NCBI RefSeq assembly: GCF_006345805.1
Contig: NC_043001.1
Location: 102,176,001-102,240,000 of the forward strand
Source of the DNA: Octopus sinensis
Taxonomy: Eukaryota
Direction: 5' to 3'
DNA: 64,000 nt
The notes under the pieces are model-generated. The model was not told the origin of the DNA. It saw only the letters and a program-made list of their open reading frames with translations, and did not search any database. Made by a program: the position numbers and the translations under genes. Shown here one piece after another: positions 12,452 to 23,665 of the stretch (position 1 is its first letter; every line of letters starts with the position of its first letter).

Positions 12452-13397
12452 ATCATCATCATTTAATGTTTACCTTCCATGTTGGCATGAGTTGGATGGT
12501 TTGACAGGATCTGGCAAGCCAGAAGACTGCACCAAGCTTACTGCCTGCTTCAGTATGGTTTCTATGGCTGGATGCCTTTCCTAATGCCAACCACTTTACA
12601 GAATGTACTGGGTACTTTTTATCTGGCCCACCAGTAAGGCCACCAAGTAAGTTTCAAGACAAAACTCTTCAACTGAGTGGTAAGTGGTTTTGGGATTGGT
12701 GGCTTTGTACCTGGTGATGACTGGTTAGAGTATGACAGAGGGATAGAAAAAGGAGTCCTGTGGTAGAGGAGATACACAGCTACTTCAGCTGGAGAAGATG
12801 TATCGGGGTGTATAAAAGTGAAGTAGCACAGAAGATTGGATTGGGTGAGGGAACAAGTGTGACGGATGGGTTATTAAGAAGATATGTTGTGAAGGAGTTT
12901 TATCATGGACAGACTGTGTGCAGGAGCATAGACATAAGACATGCCTTTAGGGTCTTAATTTTACTAGGATGGGTGGGTGTTTTCAAGCCCAGCAAATTAT
13001 CAATTATCTCCTGTGAGGCCCAAAATCTGGAAGTGCTTTTTCACCATTTTGTCCCATGTTTTCCTGGGCCTTCTTCTAACATGGATTCCATCCATGTTTA
13101 GCAATCGGCAGTTCTTTATGCAACAGACCTCATCCATACACATCTCAAGATCTTACCAGCACAGACTTCTCTCTTGCACACTACATCTGATGCCGCTTCT
13201 CTCAACACATACATGCTTTGTTGCACATGCACACTGACATTGTACATCCAGTGGAACATGCTAGCTTCATTGCTTTCTATCCTTTGCATGTCCTCTGCAT
13301 TCACTGTCTGTTTCACAACTCTGCAGCACAGATTTCCATACACAACATCATACAATCTGTCCTTCATTCTGAGGGAGAGTCTCTTTGTTGCAAACAA
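12452..13397 (-). mobile_element. RTE LINE 3' part (ORF2 C-terminus + 3' UTR)
   Basis: Peptide TKRLSLRMKDRLYD...NAEDMQRIESNEASMFHWMYNVSVH; (CAT)n tail at 12452. Confidence 0.85.
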
Positions 13398-13688
13398 CAT
13401 TTGAGCGAGGTCGTTGACAGTGCAGCCAGACTGGCTCCCATGCTGGTGGCACATAAAAACACCTTTTGAGCATGGTCATTGCCAGAACCGCTTGATTGGC
13501 CCTTGTGCCGGTGGCACGTAGAAGCACCCACTGCACTCTCGGAGTGGTTGGCATTAGGAGGGGCATCCAGCTGTAGAAACTTTCCCAGATCAGATTGGAG
13601 CCTGGTGCAGCCTTCTGACTCACCAGTCCTCAGTCAAACTGTCCAACCCATACCTGCATGGAAAGCAGACATTAAATGATGATGATGA
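13398..13688 (+). mobile_element. RTE 3' UTR copy nested antiparallel inside an RTE ORF2
   Basis: Family 3' UTR ending attaaatgatgatgatgat; separates two collinear minus-strand ORF2 pieces. Confidence 0.8.
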
Positions 13689-14340
13689 TTCTTGCAACTA
13701 TGCTTTCAGAAGCTTCCTCTTTCACTGCTAATTTGGTCACCTGGGTAGCAGAAACTCTATCTAAGTATCCTAATCGGAATTGGTGGAAATCTATTTCCTG
13801 TGTATTCTGGATGTTTAATGCATCAGCATATTTGCCACGTGTAAAGACCACTTTCTCTGGTAACCTTCCTATGTTACATCTGCACCACTCATGTGTCAAT
13901 AGCTTACACTGGGTACACCACAGAATGTCTATCAACACCTTTTCTACATATGGACCAAGACCGTTTCCCTGAAGGGAGTGGCAATTTGTCTTCTTTCCTG
14001 CTTACTAGTACTTTTCCCTTTGATTACAGACCTTGCTTGCATACCTGAAATTTCTTCTCTAATTCTACTATAGACTCAGCTTACAAGGACAAGGACGTCA
14101 ATGGTGAGGAGCTCCCAAGGGCAACCAGTTTTAAATTTCCCTGCTGTGGCTGGACACCTATAATAAACAAGAATGGGCCAAGAAGTAATAGTTGATGAAC
14201 CCCTACCTGCACATTAAGATTTTGCTATATACACTGCTGACTTATACCTGACAGGCAGTACCCGGGTATATGGCTTAAGCAGCTCTTGCCAGCCATTCAT
14301 CTACCCCTAGCTTCCATAGCAATTACTAGTGACTCTACTG
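13689..14340 (-). mobile_element. RTE LINE RT core (decayed)
   Basis: Frameshifted motifs QVGVHQ.., TGCPWELL (precedes YADD), Cys-rich insertion (CSICRKGV..CTQCKL.TH..C), SF.Y.GDQ and ESIVARI. Confidence 0.8.
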
Positions 14341-15069
14341 TTGAGCCACAGATGGTTAATTAGTCAATTAATTGTCTAATTAATTAATTTATTTGATTAT
14401 TAATTGTGAAACTCATAGGTATAGATTTAACTGAGATTTCTTTTCATTCAAGTGTCCTGCTCGTTTATAAGCAATGTGCAATAAGTAAGAATGCTTTTTA
14501 CATAGTTTGGGTTTTGACTGCCCTCTCTAGCATGTAAGAAGTCCACATGGTGGTCTTCTTTCTGTGTATAAATTCTTATACACTCTTATGTTATAAAAAT
14601 ATTTATGCCTTCTGACTTTTATTACGCATGCTAAACACTGGTATAAATTAATTTTTACCCTGTATATATATATATATATATAGGCACAAGAGTGGCTGTG
14701 TAGTAAGTAACTTGCTTACCAACATGGTTCTAGGTTCAGTTCCCCAGAGTGGCACCTTGAGCAAGTGTCTTCTACTATAGCCTCGGGACGACCCAAGCCT
14801 TGTGAGTGGATTTGGAAGATGGAAACTGAAAGAATCCCTTTGTATATATGTATATATATATATATGTGTGCGTGTTTGTCCCCCCAACATCGCTTGACAA
14901 CCAATGCTGTGTTTGCATCCCCGTAACTTAGCAGTTCAGCAAAAGAGACCGATAGAATAAGTACTACGCTTACAAAGAATGTCCCGGAGTCAATTTGCTC
15001 GACTAAATGCGGTGCTCCAGCATTGCAGCAGTCAAATGACAGAAACCAGTAAAAGAGTAAATATATATA

Positions 15070-15312
15070 TATCAGATGGCACATAAAAAGCACCATCTGA
15101 TTGTGGTCGATGCCAGCTCCTCTAGCCCCTGTGCCGGTGACACATAAACAGCACCCACTACACTCTCAGAGTGGTTGGCATTAGGAAGGGTATCCAGCTG
15201 TAGAAACACTACCAGATCAGATTGGGCCCTGATGCAGCCTCCTGTCTTCCCAGACCCCAGTTGAACCATCTAACCCATGCCAGCATGGAAAACAGACGTT
15301 AAATGATGATGA
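15070..15312 (+). mobile_element. RTE 3' UTR fragment
   Basis: Same family motifs ending gacgttaaatgatgatgat. Confidence 0.8.
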
Positions 15313-15349
15313 TATATAGAATGTATGTATGTATCATCCATTGTTGGTT

Positions 15350-16330
15350 CCATGTTTCTTGAACTGAAATGCAGAAAGCATATTTTTTTTAATATTTTCT
15401 CATGATGTTTTCGAAAGCTTCCTTAATTTCTGCTACGTTTTCATGATGACAGCCCTTTAAGTTTCTTTTAAGCTGAGAAAAGAGATAAAAATGTATTCAA
15501 TGAATGGATTTGAGAAATCCTACTGCTATAGGCTGCTGCTTCATTGTCCTAAAACTCCATTTAATAATTTTCCTCGTTTGTTTCTGTCAAATGCCGTTTC
15601 TGGAATTGTTAATTGCTGCTCCATAGCACTGAACAGTCATAGTGTTGCCTGCATGGCAGCAATATTCCATGACACCTTTACGATGACACATAACGAAATT
15701 AACATCATCACCTTTGTTCCAACTGACTTTGTCATTATATTGGTTTGATGGAAGCTAGTGATACCTTAACTTGCCACATCATTGTCTGTTGTCGGCCGGT
15801 TGGATTCTATTCCCATACAGCCATATCTCATCACCAGTAACAGTTTTTGTGACAAATCTTTGAGGATCATTGTTGAAAAATGCAAATGAAATCATTGCCC
15901 AACTCAACTCCTTTTCCATGATAAACACTTGTCAAAAATGTAGAATCTCATCTCATATTGTGACTGTTTAGATATCCATAAAATGTTTGTTGTTGAGCAG
16001 AAGTTTTACTAACGTTCACCTAAAATGCAAAGTTTTGATGTTTGTTCTCATTGGGTCTGCTTCAAGTAGGTTCTTCTTCATCTCCTAGCTCTCCTCAGCT
16101 GTCAAAACTGAAGGATGTCGACTTTGCTCTTTATTCTCACAGAATTTCTAATCCTCTCTCATGTTTCTGGTATTTTCGACTGGTTTACACATCCATTCTC
16201 TCTACACATCATCAAACGTTTGACTCTGAAATCTTGATATTAAAGTCTCCCTGCTGCCATATTACAATGTTTATTTCTGCATTAGTTGGCTTTCGACTTT
16301 TTGATCGATGCATTTCTGTGGAGGTAAGCC
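15350..16330 (-). mobile_element. Decayed mariner (DD34D-type) transposase
   Basis: Minus-strand fragments VTGDEIWLY (first catalytic D), KVMMLIS..., DNEAAAYSS (DNA..H-like) and FLFSQLKRNLKG..ENVAEIKEA; many stops and frameshifts. Confidence 0.7.
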
Positions 16331-16716
16331 GGATATAAATGTAATTATATAACCTTTGAGTGAATTTTTTTAAGGCTTTTTAGGTTGCCCTCAATTATCA
16401 AAAGGTCCCAAGTAGATCTGGTTTCAAAAATGCTCTGCAACTAGTTACTGTCAAAGAGGAAGAATGATTAACGACCAAATACACCCACTCACGCATGGCT
16501 GATAGACTTTGTTTGCCGCTTGGTTGTTACACCACCAGTTTGTCTGTGAACATCTTTAACAGGGTTTTATCGATTGCAGGCATTTGGGTCGGGCATATGG
16601 CTTGAGTCTACCTTCCTAATCTCCTTTCTCTACAAGTCTTGCTGGATCAATAAAGCGTGTTGAGCACTTCCCTCTTACTAGGTGATACATACGTATGTAC
16701 ATATGTATCCATACAT

Positions 16717-17114
16717 GATGGCTGCCCCCTCGTTATCGAATATGGCCATTGCACGAAGCTTAACTGTTATTGGTGCTGTGATCGAATGTGACTTTGTAGC
16801 CCAGCTAAAGATCTACAATGTCTTGTACAGAATTGGCAACTGAAACCTTTACCGGTAATAGCCGGCTGTAGTTGTAACTGGGCTTCATGTACCTTTGCAT
16901 GTCGTTTAAGTCCTCCTGCCCAATTACACTCTCTTCCACATGCCTGACAGATATGATTAGTATGGTGTGTTACACCACCACCAGTGGCCAGGTTGTCACT
17001 CATCTGTCTCGCTTTATGACTACGAAGATGACTCTTGAGTCCAGCTTTACTGAGGCAGGGTCTTGCGCAGATACTGCATGTCAGCATCATAGGAAGCCCC
17101 TTCCCATATGGAAG
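16717..17114 (-). mobile_element. 5'-truncated RTE-type LINE end encoding three C2H2 zinc fingers
   Basis: Open frame with CSICARPCLSKAGLKSHLRSH, CQACGRECNWAGGLKRHAKVH and CQFCTRHCRSLAGLQSHIRSQH, then stop and RTE-like tail (ggccatattcgataacgagggggcagccatc); 13-bp TSD tgtatccatacat at 16704-16716 and 17115-17127. Confidence 0.75.
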
Positions 17115-17599
17115 TGTATCCATACATACATACATGCTGCTACAGTAAATTCATTCCAAAAGACATCATGACATATTCTGAAATATCACATCCAAAATGC
17201 ATTCCTTCTTCAATCAAATCATTTCAAGATTATGAATTCAAATGTACATTGTAATAATTTCAAAATGTCTATATTAAACTCTTAAAAGTTCATAATTGCA
17301 AAAATACTTTGAAGTACATCATTTCAAACAGTTTCACTTCCTACAGAAAATATTGCAATATATGTGTGTAGTGGCTTGCTGCCAGCCTTCATTTTCCATA
17401 TATGGTGCATCTAAAAGGAAGTAGGTTTGTTAAAGACCCAGTAGGTAACAAGGGAGGTAATACTGAATATGTTAGTGGACCCAAATTAAGTAGGGATGTA
17501 AGTTTTTGTACCTTGAATTATTCAAAAGTATAACAGGAAAAACATCTTATAAAAATTAGAAAAATGAATTTGAGATTGGTGTCAGTATTTCTTTAATGA

Positions 17600-19545
17600 T
17601 TTAAAATTGCGAAATATTTTACAATAAAAAAAACAGGTTTCTTGATTTTTTGCTGTTCTGTTATATTTTCTGCCCATTGATATATATTTCTTTATTGCCC
17701 ACTGGGGACTAAACACAGAGGGGACAAACAAAGGGATTAAGTTGATTACATTGACCCCAGCACATAACCTGGTACTTATTTAACTGACCCCAAAAAGTTG
17801 AAAGGCAAAGTTGACCTTGGCAGAATTTGAACTCAGAATGTAACAGCAGACGAAATACCGCTAAGCATTTTGCCCAGTGTACTAACGATTCTGCCAGCTC
17901 ACCGCCTTTTTCTGCCCATTGATATAAGGGGAAAAGTTTAAAATTTGGAAGCAAAGTTCCTGTAGATATATCTAAATGCTCACCAAGCTGAATTTTTCTA
18001 TTGTTCAGATCATGCATTTGCTATGGGTGAACTGTAGTGTGTTTTTCAAGTGACATGACTGTTTGACCAACATAATTCTCACCACTCACAACATGCTGTA
18101 GCATAAATTAAGTTTCCTGAAAGGCATGCAATGTTATTTCTTATTTTAAGAATTTGGCCATTTTTGAAGCAAGACTTGGAGCATTCAGATATTTTGATAC
18201 AAATTCCATAATTTGATTTTCCGCATTTTTCAACTGTCAGGTTCTGAGTGATGTTGATAGGTAGTTGTGGACTTGCTAAGCTTCTTCGATGGCTGTGAGT
18301 CTTTTTTATGATAAATTTTTGCTTTTATAACATTCTCCCCATTTCGTGATCACATTTTAACAAGAATAAATTTTGCCTAATCATATTAAAGATATCGGTA
18401 TTTTCAGGGCTGTGAATTAAGTTGTATGGTAAAATGTTTGTTACCATTTTGGCTTTTACTGCTCTTAAATCAATCACATCTCTTTCGTTTGCATTATTAA
18501 TTAATGATTTTGAATAACATCTACTAATCAGAGTACCTTTTAGTCTTTTCTTTCTGGTGTTCGAATTTTATACAATGGTACATATTCGTTTTGCTTGATT
18601 GTACATGAGTGGCATGAACTAAAAAATAAACATTGTCTCAAGCTTGTTGGTTTATAGTAAACATCTGTCTCAGTTATGTTGTGTTTATCTTTTTATGAGT
18701 AATATATTTAAAATGGATAATTTAACCTTGCTGTATTCCATAGTAAACTGGTTATTTTGTTAATTCTATTTTTGAGAATCTTAAATTCAGTAAGTCTATC
18801 CAAACTTTCTTATAGTTATCTAAATATTTCATCCAATGACCCTTCAAGTACTTATAAAAATGTTTTCTATATTTCAACCCGGATTTTTCATATTTGAATT
18901 TCAAGGTATCCCATTTCTAAAATTGCTTATGTTGGGGCTATTTTGGTCTCCATTATCATTCCTTCAATAATAAATTTTTATTTTATGTAATCTGGTAATT
19001 CATGAAGACATCAAGTCGAAAGCATATTGCTTCAATTCCATATTTATGCAGTCTATTTGAATATAGAATAATCACATCAGAAGAAAGTATTAAAGTTTCT
19101 GCATCCATTGTACATGGAAAACAGCTTAACATGTCTGAGCTGTCTTTTATGTAGCTTTGTATATGGTTCAAGTATGGCTTTAGTTTTTTGTTCAAGAAAT
19201 TGATTAGTCAGTAAGTTTCAGAAGAAATACCTTTCACTGTTGGTCATCCTTTAAAGTCATTTTGCCAGAGAACGTTTCAGTAAGAAAATAAAGATTCTTT
19301 ACAGGTAGCGTTTCTAACATTACTTTTGTCCAAAATAACTGCTTGGCTCACAATTAAAATTGGTTAAGCTTAGGATGTTAATCTTTTGTATTATTATTTG
19401 CTGAATATAGTTGTTAATTTTCTTATAACTGCTGTTGTCTTCAAATATGTTCAGTTCAACCACATGGCTTTCTTTATCAGTTTCTTTTGTAACCAGTTTT
19501 CTATTGGGTTTCAATATTTTCCATTCTTTTAGCATTGAAATAAAA
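17600..19545 (-). mobile_element. Penelope-like element: RT + GIY-YIG endonuclease (decayed)
   Basis: Fragments TKETDKESHVV (KxADKG-like), KKLKPYLNHIQSYIKDS, ETDVYYKPTS..CL.FSSCH, and NLIYATACCECGENYVGQT (GIY-YIG) followed by LGEHLD. Confidence 0.85.
17685..17907 (-). mobile_element. tRNA-derived SINE (family D) inserted in the Penelope endonuclease
   Basis: 19-bp TSD ttttctgcccattgatata at 17666-17684 and 17908-17926; B-box gagttcaaattc on the minus strand. Other copies at ~39955-40060(+), 48085-48312, 48325-48530, 50232-50437, 50465-50600(+), 63935-64000. Confidence 0.85.
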
Positions 19546-19612
19546 ACATACAGCATGGCTATGTGGTGAGAAGGTTGCTTCAAAACCTTGAAACATGGAA
19601 ACTGAAAGAAGC

Positions 19613-19644
<32 letters not shown>

Positions 19645-19669
19645 GAAGTAAAAGCATCTCTAGTGTTAT

Positions 19670-20370
19670 AAATATTATTAATATATATATATACTTAATG
19701 TATAAGCTTTGTGTATTTTCTGGTGGCTGCAATGGCATGGCAGTTTGTACAAACTCTCAACTTGTCATGTGTTAAAAGACAGACAAGACGACACACCTTC
19801 AATCCCATTTCAGAGTAATGGACACTGGAATTTTGCCATTTTTGTGGCTTATCAACACCACCCAGCCACCAGGTTTGAAGGCAAGCCACTTAACGAGTCC
19901 CAACAACTTATATGCTCATCGCTTGTAAAATCATGAGCTGGTATGCTCAGAAATTTAACACCCAGCGATTTAAGAGTTTATATTCTCTGCCACGCCATTG
20001 CAGCCACCTGAAAATCCACAAAGCACAGACATTAAGTTTATGTGTTGTTAATATTTACTACTCTAGATCTGATTTTACTTCATATGTAAATTCTCCCTTA
20101 GCTATGCAATTTCCAGACCTACCAGCTCATGATTTTACAAGCCATGAGCCTCTAAGTTGTTGGGACTGGCTAAGTGGCTTGCCTTCGACCCTGGTGGTTG
20201 GGTGGTGTTGATAAGCCACAAAATTGGCAAAACTCCAGTGTCCATTACTCCAGTATTTTACTGAGGTATCTTTTAAAACATGACAATTTGACCTCACTGC
20301 TATCCCATTGTGGCCACCAGAAAATACACAAAGCATATACATTAAGTATATGTGTTAATAATATATATAT
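19670..20370. repeat. Long imperfect inverted repeat with a third partial copy in the spacer
   Basis: Arm ~19670-19943 is the reverse complement of ~20120-20370 (cttgtaaaatcatgagctggta / taccagctcatgattttacaag); ~19985-20055 repeats the outer end in minus orientation. Confidence 0.8.
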
Positions 20371-20660
20371 ATGTGTGCAGCTTTCTGACTTGCCAGCTCT
20401 GGTCAAGCTGTCCCACCGATGCCAGCATGGACAACGAATATTAAGGGATGATGACAATGAAGTGCATGTGTGTGTATGTCTTTTCGTCCCCCATAATTGG
20501 GGTTGGTTTGTTTACATCCCTGTAACTAAGCAGTTCAACAAAAGGAATGGACATGTTAAGAACCAGCCTTAAAAAACAGTAAGTGCTGGTGTCAGTTCAT
20601 TTGATTAACATTAAAGGTGGTGCCCCAGCATGGCCACAGTTTAATGACTGAAACAAATAA

Positions 20661-21047
20661 TCTATTATATAAAATCCGTTGTGTGTGTGTGTGTGTGTTC
20701 TAGGATCTCGGGCATCCTCCATCTGATTGCACTCAAATTTGATATGTTGATATCTACGATATCAGGGTGTGTATAAGCCTTGAAAAAATTACAAAAATCG
20801 ATTCCAGGTGAGAATGCGATCGATAGAGCCGTGGGAACGTGTATTTGTATGTACAAGTACATCAGCTGTTGTGATCGATACTATGCATATGCGAGAAAAA
20901 TGCACTTGCAGTTTGCGCAAAAAAAGCCAGCTGGCTTGAAATAATGCCACAAAATGGGACGGTCGGACAAGTTGTTTTGAGAAAATTTGGTTTAAATGTT
21001 TGACAACTCAGCACCGTCCATTGGACGGGGGGGGGGCGTTTTGCTTG
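20661..21047 (+). mobile_element. Putative non-autonomous Helitron
   Basis: A|TCTATTATATAAAA start, (TG)n after the 5' end, subterminal perfect hairpin CCGTCCA-T-TGGACGG (21014-21028), CTTG|T end (CTRR-like), A|T target, no TSD. Confidence 0.55.
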
Positions 21048-21083
21048 TAAATATAATATATAGATGTTCACTTTTATTTCAAA

Positions 21084-21600
21084 CTAGAAATTCTTGAAGG
21101 TTGTCTTCAACAGTTCTTCTCTAAATCTTAGTTTTTGGCAAAAGTCTGTAATTTTATTCTTGATTTCATTGAAATTTGAATTTTGTGAAGTTGGTGTGAA
21201 TTGAAGTCCCTCTGCAAACATGCTTATTTGTTCTGTTGTTAATATTGTACTGAATAAATTTAAAACTTTTGCTTGTTCCGTTTGGTGTCCACTTCCCTGC
21301 GTTGAGAATTCTAGAAAAATAGTTTTGAACATTTCAGTTTCGTAGACTTATTTTATTTCTGTATCCATTGTTGTAAACAACAGAATTATGTTGTCTGCCA
21401 TAATTATTTACAAATTCATTTTCCCTCTTTCTATTTTCAACGTCTTTTCTCCCATAAAGATTTTCAAATTTCTTCCTCCCATAATTGTATTTTCCTGGTT
21501 CTGGGAACTTTTTAGACTTTGTGGAATATTCTTTTCTTCTGGACAATGGATAGCTTTCAATCATTGCTTTGATGCCCTGCATCTTGGTTGATTTCTGTTG
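21084..21600 (-). mobile_element. Penelope-like element ORF N-terminal region
   Basis: KVLNLFSTILTTEQISMFAEGLQFTPTS..FNEIKNKITDFCQKLRFRE matches the VxNLSxxxL...LxKGLxFxPT motif of PLE ORFs; collinear with the RT piece at 17600-19545. Confidence 0.75.
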
Positions 21601-22939
21601 AATTCATACCCCCACCCCCACCTGGCGGTTGTGATTCACTCTCTGTACAAACACACACACACACGTGTATACACATCATCAATAGATATGGTGACTTGAG
21701 ATTTCTAATTATTGATTTGAAATTGGTAAAATGCTTCCAGAGACATGTGGAGGTGTATTGATGAGTAATGAACGACAGGAAGGGTGATCAAAATAGGCAA
21801 CGACGACACATTTAGAGCGATCGATGGTTCACAATTCTGGGATCAAATTCTCTTCTGAGCTGGAATTTATCCTTGATCTGATTGATTCCAAATGTTTCTT
21901 TCCTACAAGGCATATCTGGAGATACTCGACATTGTACAATAAGTGTCTGTGTGTCACGAATACCTAAAAGCTATCACATCTAAAGCAGAGTCTCCAATAC
22001 ATGTAACTTGTATAGCCCCGGGCTCTCTTTTCCACGTCATTCCTTATTGTGTGTTGTAGCCCAAGCTCAGCACTAATCAATTTCTTAATTGCAATTAAGG
22101 TCTGAGTCACTGAGGCAAGTTGATTAAGCTGCTGGAAATAGCAAGCAAGTCTTCATCAACTCAGGGTCTAATAGTTAAAAAAAGAAAGACAAGTGGCTGC
22201 TGTAGTCCTAGATGCACAATGCCAGAATAAATAGAGGATCTATTTTGTAGTTCTACTTGTGCAATGCTGACCTGGGGTTGAACGGTAGAGAGGAAACTTT
22301 AATAGGCTATTAAAACCTTTGATGTTGTTGCTATCTAGGAATGCTTTATCTAAAGTATCCTTCCTTTTAAAGGTGGTAAGAAGTGACCAGAGAGTAACTT
22401 GGTTGCTATTTCTAGCTGGATAAGTGTCTCCTTTATTATTAATAATAATAATGATGTTGGAAATTTTTGACAGAAGATTGAAATTATCAAAGTATTTATA
22501 TAAATGCAATATTGTAATTTGTGTTTGTGTGTGTGTGTGTGATAATTCAATACGAGTTGGTTCCAGTACTGTCCTGCATTAAGTAGATGTCTCATTATTT
22601 CTCTCAGCTACAACTTATTCAAATATTAACACTTTGATTTGTTTGTCTTGTAAGAAGCAAAGTCCTTCTGTCTGGCCTTTGTATCAGAGTGGGGAAACTG
22701 ACAAACTGTTGTTAGTGTATTGAATTATTTTCTGCAATTGCTGACGAATAGCTGCAGCAAGCATTGTTCTGGCAGACCAACGGCCCATTGATAACACCTC
22801 TGAAAATGTCTAATTGAACCAACACGTCAAATGTCAAGCTTAGGAACCACACTGCACATACCTGCACAGTTTGGAAATGTAATTAAACGGACAGGCCAAG
22901 CATGTTACCTCTAGCTCAGCGTTTAATGTTTCTTTTCTG

Positions 22940-23665
22940 CTTTATATGGTTGCATGGTAAGAATCTTGCTTCCCAACCACATGGTTCCAAGTTCAGTCCC
23001 ACTGCATGGCACCCTGGACAAGTGTCTTCTACTATAACCTCAGACTGAGCAAAGCCTAGTGAGTGGATCTGGCTGATGGAAACTGAAAGAAGCCCATTAT
23101 ATGTGTGCGTGTCTGTGTATAGTTTTTTCGATAAATATTAGAACTAAAAGCCAACCACATGGTTCCAAGTTCAGTCCCACTGCGTGGCACCTTGGACAAG
23201 TGTCTTCTACTATAACATCAGACTGAGCAAAGCCTAGTAAGTGGATCTGGTAGATGGAAACTGAAAGAAGCCCATTATATGTGTGCGTGTCTGTGTATAG
23301 TTTTTTCGATAACTATTAGAACTAAAAGCCAACCACATGGTTCCAAGTTCAGTCCCACTGCGTGGCACCTTGGACAAGTATCTTCTACTATAACCTTAGA
23401 CTGAGCAAAGCCTAGTGAGTCGATCTGGTTGATGGAAACTGAAAGAAGCCCATTATATGTGTGCGTGTCTGTGTATAGCTTTTTTCATAAATAACAGAAC
23501 TAAAAGCCAACCACATGGTTCCAAGTTCAGTCCCACTGCGTGGCACCTTAGACAAGTGTCTTCTACTATAACATCAGACTGAGCAAAGCCTAGTGAGTGG
23601 ATCTGGTAGATGGAAACTGAAAGAAGCCCATTATATGTGTGTGTGTGTCTGTGTATAGTTTTTTG
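22940..23665 (+). repeat. Tandem array of four 178-bp SINE-derived units
   Basis: Unit starts (aaccacatggttccaagttcagtccc) at 22975, 23153, 23331, 23509; the 3' half of the SINE resumes after ~23730. Confidence 0.9.

Noticed and set aside
22975-23665. Regularly spaced repeats suggesting a CRISPR-like array
   Set aside because: Whole 178-bp units are duplicated with no unique spacers, they derive from a SINE, and the context is eukaryotic with no cas genes.
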